Shown one piece after another: positions 54,623 through 64,000 of a stretch of 64,000 bases of DNA. The DNA is from an uncultured Mageeibacillus sp. (GTDB lineage: Bacteria > Bacillota > Clostridia > Saccharofermentanales > UBA5734): positions 3,523-67,522 of the forward strand of contig CAZGSR010000004.1 in assembly GCA_964528645.1 (NCBI GenBank), in the 5' to 3' direction. Made by a program: the position numbers and the translations under genes. The notes beneath the pieces were generated by a model. It was not told the origin of the DNA and did not search any database. It was given only the letters and a program-made list of their open reading frames with translations. Position 1 is the first letter of the stretch; every line of letters starts with the position of its first letter.

Positions 54623-55498
54623 CTAAGCATCCGGGATGAAAATCCGGCGCGATCCTGTCAGGTCGAGGACACCTTTGCCCCGGTAGTCGAGGGCACCCTG
54701 GTCCATCGCAAACCGCAGCCAGAGCATGTCATCGAGCTGGTCCATGCTGGTTTCAGCAGCCACTGTCAATTCATCTCCGGTTGCCGGCAAGACCAGGGTC
54801 AGAAACAACCGGCCATTGGACAGGGGACGAATCTGCCGGACCTGGGACAACAGCTTTTGTGGCGTACGGGTGTCTTTGTCCGCGTCAATTATAGCACCGA
54901 GCAAACTGACTGCGCTATTCATGCTGTCTGGCACTTGGACGGTCAGTGGCTGGCCCAGGTTGAGCGATCGGACCGACACGCCTTCGATCACAGGGATCCC
55001 GGGCGGTGGATCAGGCAAGATGAGCAAGGCATACCCTTCCTTATCCAGGAGGACACAGCCATCCGGGATCGAGACATAGGCAACCTCGACCCGCTCCTCG
55101 ATCTCGATCCGTATCTGTGACGGGAAATCCAGAGATGCACGCACGGTCCGGATGTAGGGGAATACCTGGGCCAGCCTGGCCTCTGTCTGCCCATAGCGCA
55201 GGCCCAGCCACTGGTCCAGGCCCGGGCCAAGCCCCTGGAACAGATGGTCACCCGGCTTTTGGAGCACGGCTGCTTCGATGGCTGCCGTCGTCATGGCCCG
55301 GGTTGGTGTGATCTCATAGGTCTGGAGCCGGAAAACCGGCAGGAACGCAACCAGCAGGCCAAGGGCAAGCAAAGCCAGGACACCGGTCAACCGCCGGGTG
55401 AGCATGCTCACTGACCGGTGCTGGCTGGTGCCAGGCATCGGTCCGGCGGCTGCAAAGGCCCGCGTCTTGCGGTTGGTTTTACGTCCGGATGGTCGCAT
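54623..55498 (-). CDS. ftsQ: Cell division protein FtsQ/DivIB (POTRA)
   Basis: A basic N-tail (RKTNRKTR) is followed by a single TM helix (LTGVLALLALGLLVAFLPV) and POTRA/FtsQ-type beta domains. I chose Met 55498. The track start 55624 overlaps murG by 146 nt. Confidence 0.7.
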   Translation of the reverse strand: MRPSGRKTNRKTRAFAAAGPMPGTSQHRSVSMLTRRLTGVLALLALGLLVAFLPVFRLQTYEITPTRAMTTAAIEAAVLQKPGDHLFQGLGPGLDQWLGLRYGQTEARLAQVFPYIRTVRASLDFPSQIRIEIEERVEVAYVSIPDGCVLLDKEGYALLILPDPPPGIPVIEGVSVRSLNLGQPLTVQVPDSMNSAVSLLGAIIDADKDTRTPQKLLSQVRQIRPLSNGRLFLTLVLPATGDELTVAAETSMDQLDDMLWLRFAMDQGALDYRGKGVLDLTGSRRIFIPDA

Positions 55499-56597
55499 AG
55501 AGGCTGTTGCAAATTTTGGCTGCGGCATCCGGCATGGCGAGCAGCTGGGCTTGTTTACCCATCCGGGCCAGGAGGTCCGGCTGACCAAAGAGGGACTCCA
55601 GCTGGCTGGAGAGCCAGGCGGCATTCAGTTCTGAATTGGCGACCCGGATCGCTGCGCCCGTCTGTTCTAGCACACTGGCATTGGCGGTCTGATGATCACC
55701 GGCAGCAAATGGATAGGGCACCAGGATCGAGGGTTTGCCCAGGGCCGCCAGCTCGGCACAGGTCATAGCCCCGGCACGGCCCAGCACCAGGTCGGCGCCA
55801 GCCAGATAAAGGGGCATTTCATGCAGATAATCATAGACCTTCAGCCAGGGGAGTCCGGCCGCTGCAGCGCTGACTGCATCATAATGCTTCTGGCCACAGG
55901 CAAGATGGACCTCCACTGATTGGACCTGGAGGAGTCTCTGGAAAACGGGCTCGTCCTTGAGGCCAAGAATGGTTTCATTGATCCGCTGGGCCCCCAGGCT
56001 TCCGCCCGTGGCTAACAGGATGCGCGTGTCACTGCTCCACCTCAGGTGCGCTCGCGCCGCAGTCTGGTCGAGCTGGAAAAAGAGCGGCCGGACCGGATTA
56101 CCAGTCAGGACGATAGGGGCTTTGGTCCTGAAATAGCGTTCTGCCCCGGGCATGCTGATGCAGACCACCGAGCTGCGATGGGCCAGCAAGCGGTTGGACC
56201 GGCCAGGATAGGCATTTTGTTCATGGAGGAGCACCGGGATGTCCAGGCTGGCTGCCGCTGCAACCAGTGGACTGCAGACATAACCGCCTGTTCCGACAAC
56301 CGCATCCGGGCGAAAGGCCTTGAGCAGGCGGCGCGACTGGGCTCGGCCGGCAAAAAAGTCGGCGATGGCAGCAAAAAAGGTCTTGTTGATCCGGTTGGGC
56401 AAGCCCCGGGCCCGGATTGGGGTGAACTCATAACCAGCCTTGGGAACCAGCTGGCTTTCCAAGCCGCGCGCAGTGCCGACAAAGCGGATGATGGCGTCCG
56501 GATGGTCGATTCGGATCTGGTCAGCGATCGCCAGGGCCGGGTTGATATGGCCACTGGTTCCGCCGCCAGCGATGACCACTTTCAAAGGATTCATCAC
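55479..56597 (-). CDS. murG: UDP-N-acetylglucosamine--N-acetylmuramyl-(pentapeptide) pyrophosphoryl-undecaprenol GlcNAc transferase
   Basis: VIAGGGTSGHINPALAIA...GGSLGA. Confidence 0.95.
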   Translation of the reverse strand: MMNPLKVVIAGGGTSGHINPALAIADQIRIDHPDAIIRFVGTARGLESQLVPKAGYEFTPIRARGLPNRINKTFFAAIADFFAGRAQSRRLLKAFRPDAVVGTGGYVCSPLVAAAASLDIPVLLHEQNAYPGRSNRLLAHRSSVVCISMPGAERYFRTKAPIVLTGNPVRPLFFQLDQTAARAHLRWSSDTRILLATGGSLGAQRINETILGLKDEPVFQRLLQVQSVEVHLACGQKHYDAVSAAAAGLPWLKVYDYLHEMPLYLAGADLVLGRAGAMTCAELAALGKPSILVPYPFAAGDHQTANASVLEQTGAAIRVANSELNAAWLSSQLESLFGQPDLLARMGKQAQLLAMPDAAAKICNSLYATIRT

Positions 56598-57946
56598 GAT
56601 TCTCCTCTGGCGATTTTGTTGATTTCGCCCATCAAATTGCGCTGGCGTCCCGTCAGCATCTGGCCGGTGCGCGACACCCCCAGGATGAAACCGATCGCCA
56701 GCATGAAAAAGAGATTTGAGGTCCCGCCATAACTGAAAAACGGCAGCGAGATGCCAGTGGCCGGCAAGGAACGGGTGGCCACGCCGATATTGAGCAGGGC
56801 CTGGGTCGTGATCAGGACGGTGTAGCCAGCCGCTAGGATCGCGGCATGGGGATTGATCGCCCGCCAGGCGATGCGCGTGCCGATCAGATGGAACAGCAGG
56901 AACAGCATAATCACGCTGACCGTGCCGATGAAGCCCAGCTCCTCGCCGATGATGGCAAAGATGTAGTCATTGTGGGCCTCTGGCAGATAATTGTATTTCT
57001 GGCGGCCATTGCCCAGGCCGACACCGGTCAGGCCACCTGAACCGATGGCAATCAAGGACTGGTTGACCTGGTAGGAATCGTCCGAGCTGGCTTCTTCCGG
57101 ATTGCGGAAAGTCTCGATCCGTTTGAAGGCATGGCTGAAATTGGACTCGAGGGCTTCCTGGATGGTCTGGTCCTTGAGCGTCGCGGCAAAGACACCAAAG
57201 GCAAGGGCACCAACCAGCAACAGGATCAGGGTCAACTGGAGAATACCGCTGAACCAGGACCGTAAAGGCAGACCGGCAGCGAGGAACGAGGCCAGAATGA
57301 CGACACTGAGGATGACAAAACCGGAGACATGGGGTTGCCAGATGATCAGGCCCAGCCAGACCACCATCATCAGTCCGGGAACCAGGATGTCGCGCCAGCC
57401 GTCACCGAGAAAGCGACGCAAGGGTGAACGATAGCGGATTTCCCCACGCTGGCGTCGGGCACGCAAGCGGGAAAAATAGCCAGCCAGACAGATCACAGCT
57501 GCCAGCTTGGCAAATTCCGAGGGCTGGATGCTCAGAGGTCCGATCAGGATCCAGCGCTTGGCACCGTTGACAATCGAACCGAAAAATTTGACATAGACCA
57601 AAAGACCGGTCGTCAGCAGATAAGTCGCGATGGTGATGATCGGCCGGTCAAAAAAGGAAACCGGAATCAAGACTGCCATGATCAAGGCCAAAATCAGGCC
57701 GATCAGGGTGATGGAGCCCTGTTTGATGATGTAATACATCGAATTGCCGGAATTAGCATTGAAACTGTCGCTCATGCTGGCAGAAAACAGCATGACCAGG
57801 CCAAAGCAGACCATGATGAAGGTCACAACCAGCAAACCGCCGTGAATGCGCAGGGGCGGGCGCACCTGAAGATACGGCACCTCCCGGTCGCGGCCGGTAC
57901 TAGTGGCCTGGCCCCCCTGGTAAGTCTGGATCGAACGAGTCTGCAT
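56594..57946 (-). CDS. ftsW: SEDS-family peptidoglycan glycosyltransferase FtsW/SpoVE
   Basis: About 10 TM helices are present, with QPSEFAKL and LPEAHNDYIFAIIGEELG. Confidence 0.9.
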   Translation of the reverse strand: MQTRSIQTYQGGQATSTGRDREVPYLQVRPPLRIHGGLLVVTFIMVCFGLVMLFSASMSDSFNANSGNSMYYIIKQGSITLIGLILALIMAVLIPVSFFDRPIITIATYLLTTGLLVYVKFFGSIVNGAKRWILIGPLSIQPSEFAKLAAVICLAGYFSRLRARRQRGEIRYRSPLRRFLGDGWRDILVPGLMMVVWLGLIIWQPHVSGFVILSVVILASFLAAGLPLRSWFSGILQLTLILLLVGALAFGVFAATLKDQTIQEALESNFSHAFKRIETFRNPEEASSDDSYQVNQSLIAIGSGGLTGVGLGNGRQKYNYLPEAHNDYIFAIIGEELGFIGTVSVIMLFLLFHLIGTRIAWRAINPHAAILAAGYTVLITTQALLNIGVATRSLPATGISLPFFSYGGTSNLFFMLAIGFILGVSRTGQMLTGRQRNLMGEINKIARGES

Positions 57947-57963
57947 AACCGCCTCCAGTCAGG

Positions 57964-58989
57964 TCAGGCCAGTGCCAGAAGCAGCAGGCCCAGGACGCTG
58001 CCCAAAAGTGTCACAATTGAGAAAACCAGGACCACTTTATTTTCCTTCCAGCCGCCCAGTTCAAAATGATGGTGGATGGGCGACATGCGGAAGATCCGTT
58101 TGCCACCGGTGCGCTTAAAATAGGCGACCTGGATCACCACGGACAACGATTCGGCCACATAAATGAAGCCGATGAACAGCAAGATCCAGGGAACGCCATA
58201 GAAAAGGGCAATCGCAGCCACGCCTGCCCCGAGAGCCTGGGAACCGGTATCGCCCATGAACACCTTGGCCGGGTGGTGATTGAAGACCAGAAAGCCGAGG
58301 CAGCCGGCTGCCAGCATCAGGCTGACGGCCAGTGCTGGTCCCGTCAGGGCAGTCTCCAGACCGAGCCCCTTCAGGAGCAGACCGGCGGCAGCCAGGGCCA
58401 GTCCGGCAAGCACCGTGACTGAACTGGCCAGGCCATCAACACCATCGGTCAGGTTGACGGAATTAGCGATGAAAAATAAATAGATGACGACGAACACCCC
58501 ATAGGGAAGTTTCCACCAGCCCAGGATCGGCAGCGAGCCCAGACCAGGTACGATCAGGAACGGTTCGACTGGCAGGGCCAGCAAATACCAGAGCGTGAAG
58601 CCGATTGAAAAAGCCAGCAGCAAGATGGTCTTTTGGCGGACGCTCAGGCCTTTCTTGCTGATCCGGACTTTGATGTAATCATCAAGGAATCCGGCGAAGC
58701 CAAACGCAAGGATGAGCAGGAGGATCGCCAGGATCGCGCTGGAATAGCCATAGATGAATTGGACGGCTACCGTCACCAGGACCAGAGGGACCAGGAAAAA
58801 GAATCCGCCAAAAGTTGGCGTACCGCTTTTGACATAATGAGTTTTCGGGCCGTCGTCCCGGACAGTCTGGCCGACGCTGAGCCGGCCGAGCAGAGGCAGG
58901 CCAACCAGACCAGCCAGCACGGTCAGCACGAGGCACGCTGCAAAGATCCCCAGGGATCCAATGGAAGTCCATACCTGGTTCATGATCAA
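57964..58989 (-). CDS. mraY: Phospho-N-acetylmuramoyl-pentapeptide transferase
   Basis: PTFGG, NLTDGVDGLA, GDTGSQALG and PIHHHFE. Confidence 0.95.
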   Translation of the reverse strand: MIMNQVWTSIGSLGIFAACLVLTVLAGLVGLPLLGRLSVGQTVRDDGPKTHYVKSGTPTFGGFFFLVPLVLVTVAVQFIYGYSSAILAILLLILAFGFAGFLDDYIKVRISKKGLSVRQKTILLLAFSIGFTLWYLLALPVEPFLIVPGLGSLPILGWWKLPYGVFVVIYLFFIANSVNLTDGVDGLASSVTVLAGLALAAAGLLLKGLGLETALTGPALAVSLMLAAGCLGFLVFNHHPAKVFMGDTGSQALGAGVAAIALFYGVPWILLFIGFIYVAESLSVVIQVAYFKRTGGKRIFRMSPIHHHFELGGWKENKVVLVFSIVTLLGSVLGLLLLALA

Positions 58990-60533
58990 AATCCTCCCTG
59001 ATGGATGTCTGATTCCAATCCCTCTTCTTCCTGGATTTTCGGCCGGATTTCTGACCGGGACCAGAAATCCAGGACGGCTTCGGTCACATGCTCCATGGCA
59101 AAGCCACGCGATCCTTTGACCAGCAGGAGGTCATCCGGCTGTAAGGTTGACAGTAGGTGCTGGACCAAAGCCGGCTGTTCGGAAAAAACGGCGCAGGAAC
59201 CTTGCTGTGTGACAGAATCAAATCCTGCTTTCACATCTGCGGCATATGGACCCAATGCCAGAACGACGGCAAATCCGTGGCGTGCAGCCGCTTCACCCAC
59301 GGCAAAATGGCCTTGGGCGGCATACGTTCCCAGCTCCAGCATGCCGCCCAGGGCGGCAACCAGCCGTCTCCCATCGGAGATGGCCTGCAACGTGGCGAGC
59401 GCAGCCAGCATCGATTCCGGACTGGCATTGTAAGAATCATCCATGACCAGGATCGGTCCTGCCGTCATCAGGCGTTGCCGGTTGCCCGTGTTCTCGAACT
59501 GGGACGCACCGGTTGCAGCGGTCGCAAGATCCAGTCCCAGGCCAGCTGCGACAGCCAGGCCGAACAAGCTGTTGCAGACCATGTGGCGGCCCGGCACCGG
59601 CAACTGGACTGGCAAACAGGATACAGCCGGACGTTCCGGCCAAGTCTTGAGAACATAGGTTGACTGTTGTCCAGTCAGGTTGAGCTGGTCGGCCCAGAAC
59701 ACTGTCATGCCAGCAAGATCTGCCAGGTCACCCGGTTGTTCTGTCGACACCAGGCTGACCTGGTAGAGGTGGTAAATGTCCCGGGCAAAGGCTTTCAGGT
59801 ATGGATCATCTGCATTCAAGATAACCCGGGCGCCGGACGCCAGACCCGCGATGATTTCGGCTTTGGCCTGGAAAATCGCTTCCTGGCTGCCGAGGCGCTC
59901 GATGTGGGACACGCCGATGTTGGTGATCAGGGCAAGATCGGGCCGGGCAATCCTGCTGAGTAATTCGATTTCACCGCGGCCGCGCATGCCCATTTCCAGG
60001 ACGATCGCCTGGTCCTGGGGCGTTGCTGCCAGCAGGGTTTTGGGCAGGCCAATTTCATTGTTGTTATTGGCCTTAGTCTGGCAGACCTGGAGGGTCGGTT
60101 TCAGGCAGGCGGCAACCATCCCGCGAGTCGACGTCTTGCCCACACTGCCCGTGATCGCGATGACAGGTGCCGTGAGGGTCTGGCGGTAGCCAGCTGCCAG
60201 GTCCTGTAAAGCGACCAGGGTATCCGGAACCACGACTATCGCCGGGGCGATTCCCAGACCTTGCAGGCAGTCCGATGTGGCGGCGCTTTCATCGACCACC
60301 AGTCCCTTCGCACCAGCGGCAACGGCCTGGGCCAGAAACTCATGGCCATCAAATTTTGCTCCGCGCAAGGCCAGGAACAGATCGCCTTGGCCGACTGTGC
60401 GGGTATCGGTCGAAACATCCTGGAAAACCAGATCCGGACCACTCGGATTAGTCTGCTCTTTTGAGCTGCCAGGAGCTGCCAGCAAGCGTCCCCTCGTGAA
60501 CGCAAGGACTTGGTTCAATGTCAGGCGGGCCAT
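58986..60533 (-). CDS. murF: UDP-N-acetylmuramoyl-tripeptide--D-alanyl-D-alanine ligase
   Basis: ITGSVGKTSTRGM and DDSYNASPESM. The protein is 515 aa, which is long for MurF. Confidence 0.9.
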   Translation of the reverse strand: MARLTLNQVLAFTRGRLLAAPGSSKEQTNPSGPDLVFQDVSTDTRTVGQGDLFLALRGAKFDGHEFLAQAVAAGAKGLVVDESAATSDCLQGLGIAPAIVVVPDTLVALQDLAAGYRQTLTAPVIAITGSVGKTSTRGMVAACLKPTLQVCQTKANNNNEIGLPKTLLAATPQDQAIVLEMGMRGRGEIELLSRIARPDLALITNIGVSHIERLGSQEAIFQAKAEIIAGLASGARVILNADDPYLKAFARDIYHLYQVSLVSTEQPGDLADLAGMTVFWADQLNLTGQQSTYVLKTWPERPAVSCLPVQLPVPGRHMVCNSLFGLAVAAGLGLDLATAATGASQFENTGNRQRLMTAGPILVMDDSYNASPESMLAALATLQAISDGRRLVAALGGMLELGTYAAQGHFAVGEAAARHGFAVVLALGPYAADVKAGFDSVTQQGSCAVFSEQPALVQHLLSTLQPDDLLLVKGSRGFAMEHVTEAVLDFWSRSEIRPKIQEEEGLESDIHQGGF

Positions 60534-60536
60534 GGA

Positions 60537-62033
60537 TCAGCCTCCCGTACCGAATCTGGCAGCCAACAGCTCAGCGGCCGTTTCGGCGTCATCGAAGTGA
60601 ATCGTGCGATCCTTAAAGATCTGGTAATTTTCGTGGCCCTTACCGGCCAGGATCACCAGGTCACCCGGAGCGGCAACTTCGATCGCCCGGTCGATTGCCT
60701 CGCGGCGATCCGGTACAATCTCATAATGGCCACCGGTCGGTGCAATACCAGTCACGATGTCATCAATGATCGCCATCGGATCTTCCGTGCGGGGATTGTC
60801 CGAGGTGATGATGGTCAGGTCAGACAGTCGCCCGGCCACCTCGCCCATCTCGAAGCGACGGCTGCGCGCCCGGTCGCCGCCATTGCCAAACAAGACAATC
60901 ATCCGTCCCGTGACGTACTCGCGCAAAGTCAGGAGCAGACTCTCGAGGCTGGCAGCGTTGTGAGCATAATCAACTACCAGCTGGAAATCGCGTCCGGTCG
61001 GCACGGGCTGGACACGGCCGGGTACAGCAATGGCCGCCAGACCTTGCTGGACAGACGCGAGGCTGGCCCCGCAGCTGGCAGCACTTGCGACTGCCGCCAG
61101 GGCGTTGTAGATGTTGAAACGACCAGGCATGCCGACAAAGACAGATCCTGAAAACCAGGGTGAAACCAGGTCGAACCGGGTCCCGGACCGGCCATTTTCT
61201 GTTGCTTTCTGGAGGTTTTCAGCCCGGATATCGGCTGCTGGTGATAAGCCATAGGTCAGGACTGGGACCCGTGCCGCATCGGCGGCCGCCCGGACCTGGT
61301 CGAAAATGTCCAGGTCACGGTTGATGATGGCCTGCTGACAGCGGCGCATCAGGATCAGCTTGGCCTCGAGATATTCCTCCATGCTGGCGTGTTCATGTGG
61401 TCCGATGTGGTCGTGGTAGAGATTGGTGAAAACACCGACATGATAATCACAGCCGTAGACCCGGTCCAGCATCAGGCCCTGGGAGGAGACTTCCATGACG
61501 CAGCTGTCGAGGCCGGCCATGACCATGTCATCGAGCAGTGCCTGCAGATCATAGGACTCCGGAGTGGTGCGAGACGCATAGGTCACCTGGTCACCGATGA
61601 TGTTGGCCACGGTTCCGATGAGCCCCGTCTTGCGGCCGGCGGCCTGGAGGATGGCGCGGGTCATGTAGGTGGTCGTGGTTTTGCCTTTGGTTCCGGTGAT
61701 GCCGATCATCTCCATTTTACCGGAGGGATGTTCAAAAAAACGGTCTGAAACATGAGCCAAGCCGAGGCGGGTGTTTTCAACCTGGACCCAGGCAACCGGA
61801 CAGTCCGGTGCCAGCAGCTCTGCTGTGGGCCGTTCCACCAGCAGGGCCGACACCCCCTGGCTGATCGCCTGGCTGATGTACTGATGGCCATCGGTGACAA
61901 ATCCGGTGATACAGACAAAAAGCGATCCGCGGATCGCTTTGCGGGAATCATAAGCAATCTGGCTGATTTCGACGGACAAGTCTCCACCCTGTTTTTGCAC
62001 AGGCAGACCCTGGACAAGCATTTGCAGGTTCAT
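60537..62033 (-). CDS. murE: UDP-N-acetylmuramoyl-L-alanyl-D-glutamate--2,6-diaminopimelate ligase
   Basis: GITGTKGKTTTT, DYAHN, and the DNPR motif (SDNPRTEDP), which indicates meso-DAP specificity. Confidence 0.95.
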   Translation of the reverse strand: MNLQMLVQGLPVQKQGGDLSVEISQIAYDSRKAIRGSLFVCITGFVTDGHQYISQAISQGVSALLVERPTAELLAPDCPVAWVQVENTRLGLAHVSDRFFEHPSGKMEMIGITGTKGKTTTTYMTRAILQAAGRKTGLIGTVANIIGDQVTYASRTTPESYDLQALLDDMVMAGLDSCVMEVSSQGLMLDRVYGCDYHVGVFTNLYHDHIGPHEHASMEEYLEAKLILMRRCQQAIINRDLDIFDQVRAAADAARVPVLTYGLSPAADIRAENLQKATENGRSGTRFDLVSPWFSGSVFVGMPGRFNIYNALAAVASAASCGASLASVQQGLAAIAVPGRVQPVPTGRDFQLVVDYAHNAASLESLLLTLREYVTGRMIVLFGNGGDRARSRRFEMGEVAGRLSDLTIITSDNPRTEDPMAIIDDIVTGIAPTGGHYEIVPDRREAIDRAIEVAAPGDLVILAGKGHENYQIFKDRTIHFDDAETAAELLAARFGTGG

Positions 62034-62099
62034 GGTGTCATTCTCCTTCTTCCTGGCCAGTCCGATTGAATCATTGGACTGCCAGTCTGGAATCCCATT

Positions 62100-64000
62100 T
62101 TAGGGGTTTGCCGTCTCTGATTCAACCGTAGCGGCGTCAACAGCGATTTCTTCGGCAGCCTCGAACCAGATCCGGACAATGCTGCCGCGCAGGAGCTTGC
62201 CTTCGTCATTGGTCATGATTGTATCTGCAGAACTGCCGGTGGACGTTGTTTCATCCGGTGCTGCTGTCTCGCCCGCACTTGTTTCATCCGTTTCCGGCAC
62301 TGGTGTCGTGCTGACGACCGGGGTTTTTGCCCCATGGGTCGGGGCTGGATCCTGGCGCACGGCCAGGCCCAGGCCATCACCTTCGATCCGGATGTTCAGC
62401 CCATTGGCTGCTGCTGCACTGATGGCTTCGCTGACAGTCTTTTTCGAGAAGTCCGGCACCACGACCCAATCCTCGTGTGGACCTGGATCCGGATAGACAA
62501 CCACCATGCCGCGCGAATGCAGCTTGGCTTGCGGAGCGGGCGACTGCGAACGGATGACGGATTGTTCGCCCATACCGGATTCTGCTGCCTCCAGATTGAG
62601 GCCCACGGTGCCGAGCTCTTTTCTTGCCTGGGCCAGCGTCATACCCGTGAGGTCCGGGACATCACGCAGCCTGGTCAGGCGTGAGACGTCCTGTTCACTG
62701 TAGTTTCTGGCTTCACCGAGGTACTCCAGAGTCTGGGAGACGATTTCACCCAGGGCTTTGGCGGCAACAGTCGAGGTCAGTTTATCATCGGCTGGTTTGT
62801 CCAGCACGATCAGGGCCACGATCTGGGGGCTATCAATCGGAGCAATGCCGACAAAAGACAGGGTGTGCTTGCCCTGCTCATCGGTGGACGTGCTCGTCTT
62901 GCCACCGACCAGATAACCTTCGACATACGCTTTGGAACCCGTGCCATACAGGACGACACCTTTGAGCAGTTCTCTGAGCCGGGTGGAGGTCTGTTCCGAG
63001 ATCACCTTGCGGATCGTCTCCGGGGCATATTCGCGCACCACAGCACCGGTGCTGTCGGTGATCGAAGCCACCAGACGCGGCCGGAGCAGATTGCCGCCAT
63101 TGGCAATGGCGTTGTAGGCATTGACCAGCTGGATCGGCGTTACGGTTGCCGACTCACCGTAGGATAACGTTGCCATGTCCAATTCTGTCGGATCCGTATG
63201 GATCAGTCCGGTAGCCTCTGCTGGCAAGTCAATCCCGCTCACATCCCGGAAGCCGAAGGCCCGGATGTACTGGTAATAGCGGGTGACTCCCAGTTTCTGG
63301 GCCATCTGGGCAAAAACCGGATTGCAGGAATGCCAGAAGCCCTCCTGCAGAGTCTCCATGCCGTGGCCGACGATGGTGTAGCAGTGGATCTCCTGGCCGA
63401 GGACATACATCGGGCTGTCGTTATAGATGTCCGATTCACGGGTCACATTTTCGTCAAACGCCATGGCTGTGGTGAGCGTTTTGAACGTCGAACCTGGCTC
63501 ATAGGCGTCCGAGATGGCACGGTTGCGCCAGACAGAACTGGACAGGTAATTGATGTTCTCCTGGCTCGAGCCATCCCAGGTCGCATCTTCCCGGGTTACA
63601 GGGCGGGCTGTTGGATCTGAACTGGAAAAATACGGATAGGAGGCCATGGCCAGGACACCACCGGTGTAGGGGTCCATGACGATGGCGGATCCGCCGTTGG
63701 TGATGTCATTGCTCAGAATCGCTTCAGCCAGGATCTCCTGGACGATGCGCTGGACGTTGATGTCCAGGCTCAGGTTCAGGTTGAGCCCATTCTTGGCGCG
63801 CAAACTGGTCGGTACGGAAAAAGGCAGTTCACCTTTGTTTTTGTAATTATCGGTCTCGACATAGGTGTAGCCAGGGGACCCGGTCAGGATGTCGTTATAC
63901 TGCATCTCCAGGCCAAGCTGTCCGACCAGGTTACCCAGGTCATAACGAGTATAGCCAAGCACTTGGCTGGCCAGATCACCATTGGTGTAATAGCGCCGCG
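62100..64000 (-). CDS. Class B penicillin-binding protein (FtsI/PBP2B/SpoVD-like) with two PASTA domains and a Thr/Glu-rich tail; the 5' end lies outside the window
   Basis: STFK, SCN and KTS(T) transpeptidase motifs are present. PASTA-like DVPDLTGMTLAQARKELGTVGL and VVPDFSKKTVSEAISAAAANGL are present. The frame stays open to base 64000 (..RRYYTNGDLASQVLGYTRYD). Confidence 0.9.
   Translation of the reverse strand, partial: RRYYTNGDLASQVLGYTRYDLGNLVGQLGLEMQYNDILTGSPGYTYVETDNYKNKGELPFSVPTSLRAKNGLNLNLSLDINVQRIVQEILAEAILSNDITNGGSAIVMDPYTGGVLAMASYPYFSSSDPTARPVTREDATWDGSSQENINYLSSSVWRNRAISDAYEPGSTFKTLTTAMAFDENVTRESDIYNDSPMYVLGQEIHCYTIVGHGMETLQEGFWHSCNPVFAQMAQKLGVTRYYQYIRAFGFRDVSGIDLPAEATGLIHTDPTELDMATLSYGESATVTPIQLVNAYNAIANGGNLLRPRLVASITDSTGAVVREYAPETIRKVISEQTSTRLRELLKGVVLYGTGSKAYVEGYLVGGKTSTSTDEQGKHTLSFVGIAPIDSPQIVALIVLDKPADDKLTSTVAAKALGEIVSQTLEYLGEARNYSEQDVSRLTRLRDVPDLTGMTLAQARKELGTVGLNLEAAESGMGEQSVIRSQSPAPQAKLHSRGMVVVYPDPGPHEDWVVVPDFSKKTVSEAISAAAANGLNIRIEGDGLGLAVRQDPAPTHGAKTPVVSTTPVPETDETSAGETAAPDETTSTGSSADTIMTNDEGKLLRGSIVRIWFEAAEEIAVDAATVESETANP

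Overview
This 64-kb chromosomal window comes from a fairly GC-rich Firmicutes/Clostridia-type genome, judged from gene content and order; composition was judged by eye and nothing was computed. About 80% is ordinary housekeeping sequence, mostly on the minus strand. It includes a glgB-glgC-glgD-glgA-GH13 glycogen operon, a four-subunit 2-oxoacid:ferredoxin oxidoreductase operon, apgM, mutS2, pgsA, pfkA, dnaE, a phosphohexomutase, uvrB and ilvE. It also holds coaD, rsmD, recG, nth, an OmpR-type two-component system with an HtrA-like protein, nrdR, and a dcw cluster (ftsZ, sbp, ftsQ, murG, ftsW, mraY, murF, murE, PBP). Three parts are not ordinary. (1) At 1-8.1 kb there is a defence-like accessory patch. 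It holds the 3' part of a giant SF1 helicase with a DUF3320-type tail and a small ORF behind a consensus promoter with a LexA (Cheo) box. It also holds an McrC-like gene whose upstream partner survives only as a start-less 99-codon stub, and an ADP-ribosylglycohydrolase/PEP-binding kinase-like gene pair. (2) At 19.28-19.91 kb there is a ~630-bp dyad-symmetric intergenic array of 52-bp phased units. Each unit carries a CGGAAnnTTCCG-type palindrome, and all are mirrored about a central hairpin. I cannot assign this array to any described element class. (3) At 25.4-34.1 kb there is an accessory cell-surface island whose left ~7.5 kb looks more AT-rich. It holds a class B sortase, two secreted proteins with (E)MPxTG sorting signals, and three secreted CAP/SCP-domain paralogues. 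It also holds three riboswitch-like leaders: one clear GEMM-I/c-di-GMP-I, and two paralogous leaders with compensatory stem changes that resemble the c-di-GMP-II aptamer. A near-consensus Fur box also lies in the island. I saw no tRNA, rRNA, CRISPR array, transposase or integrase. All homology calls rest on motif recognition from the translated ORFs, and RNA and promoter coordinates are approximate.
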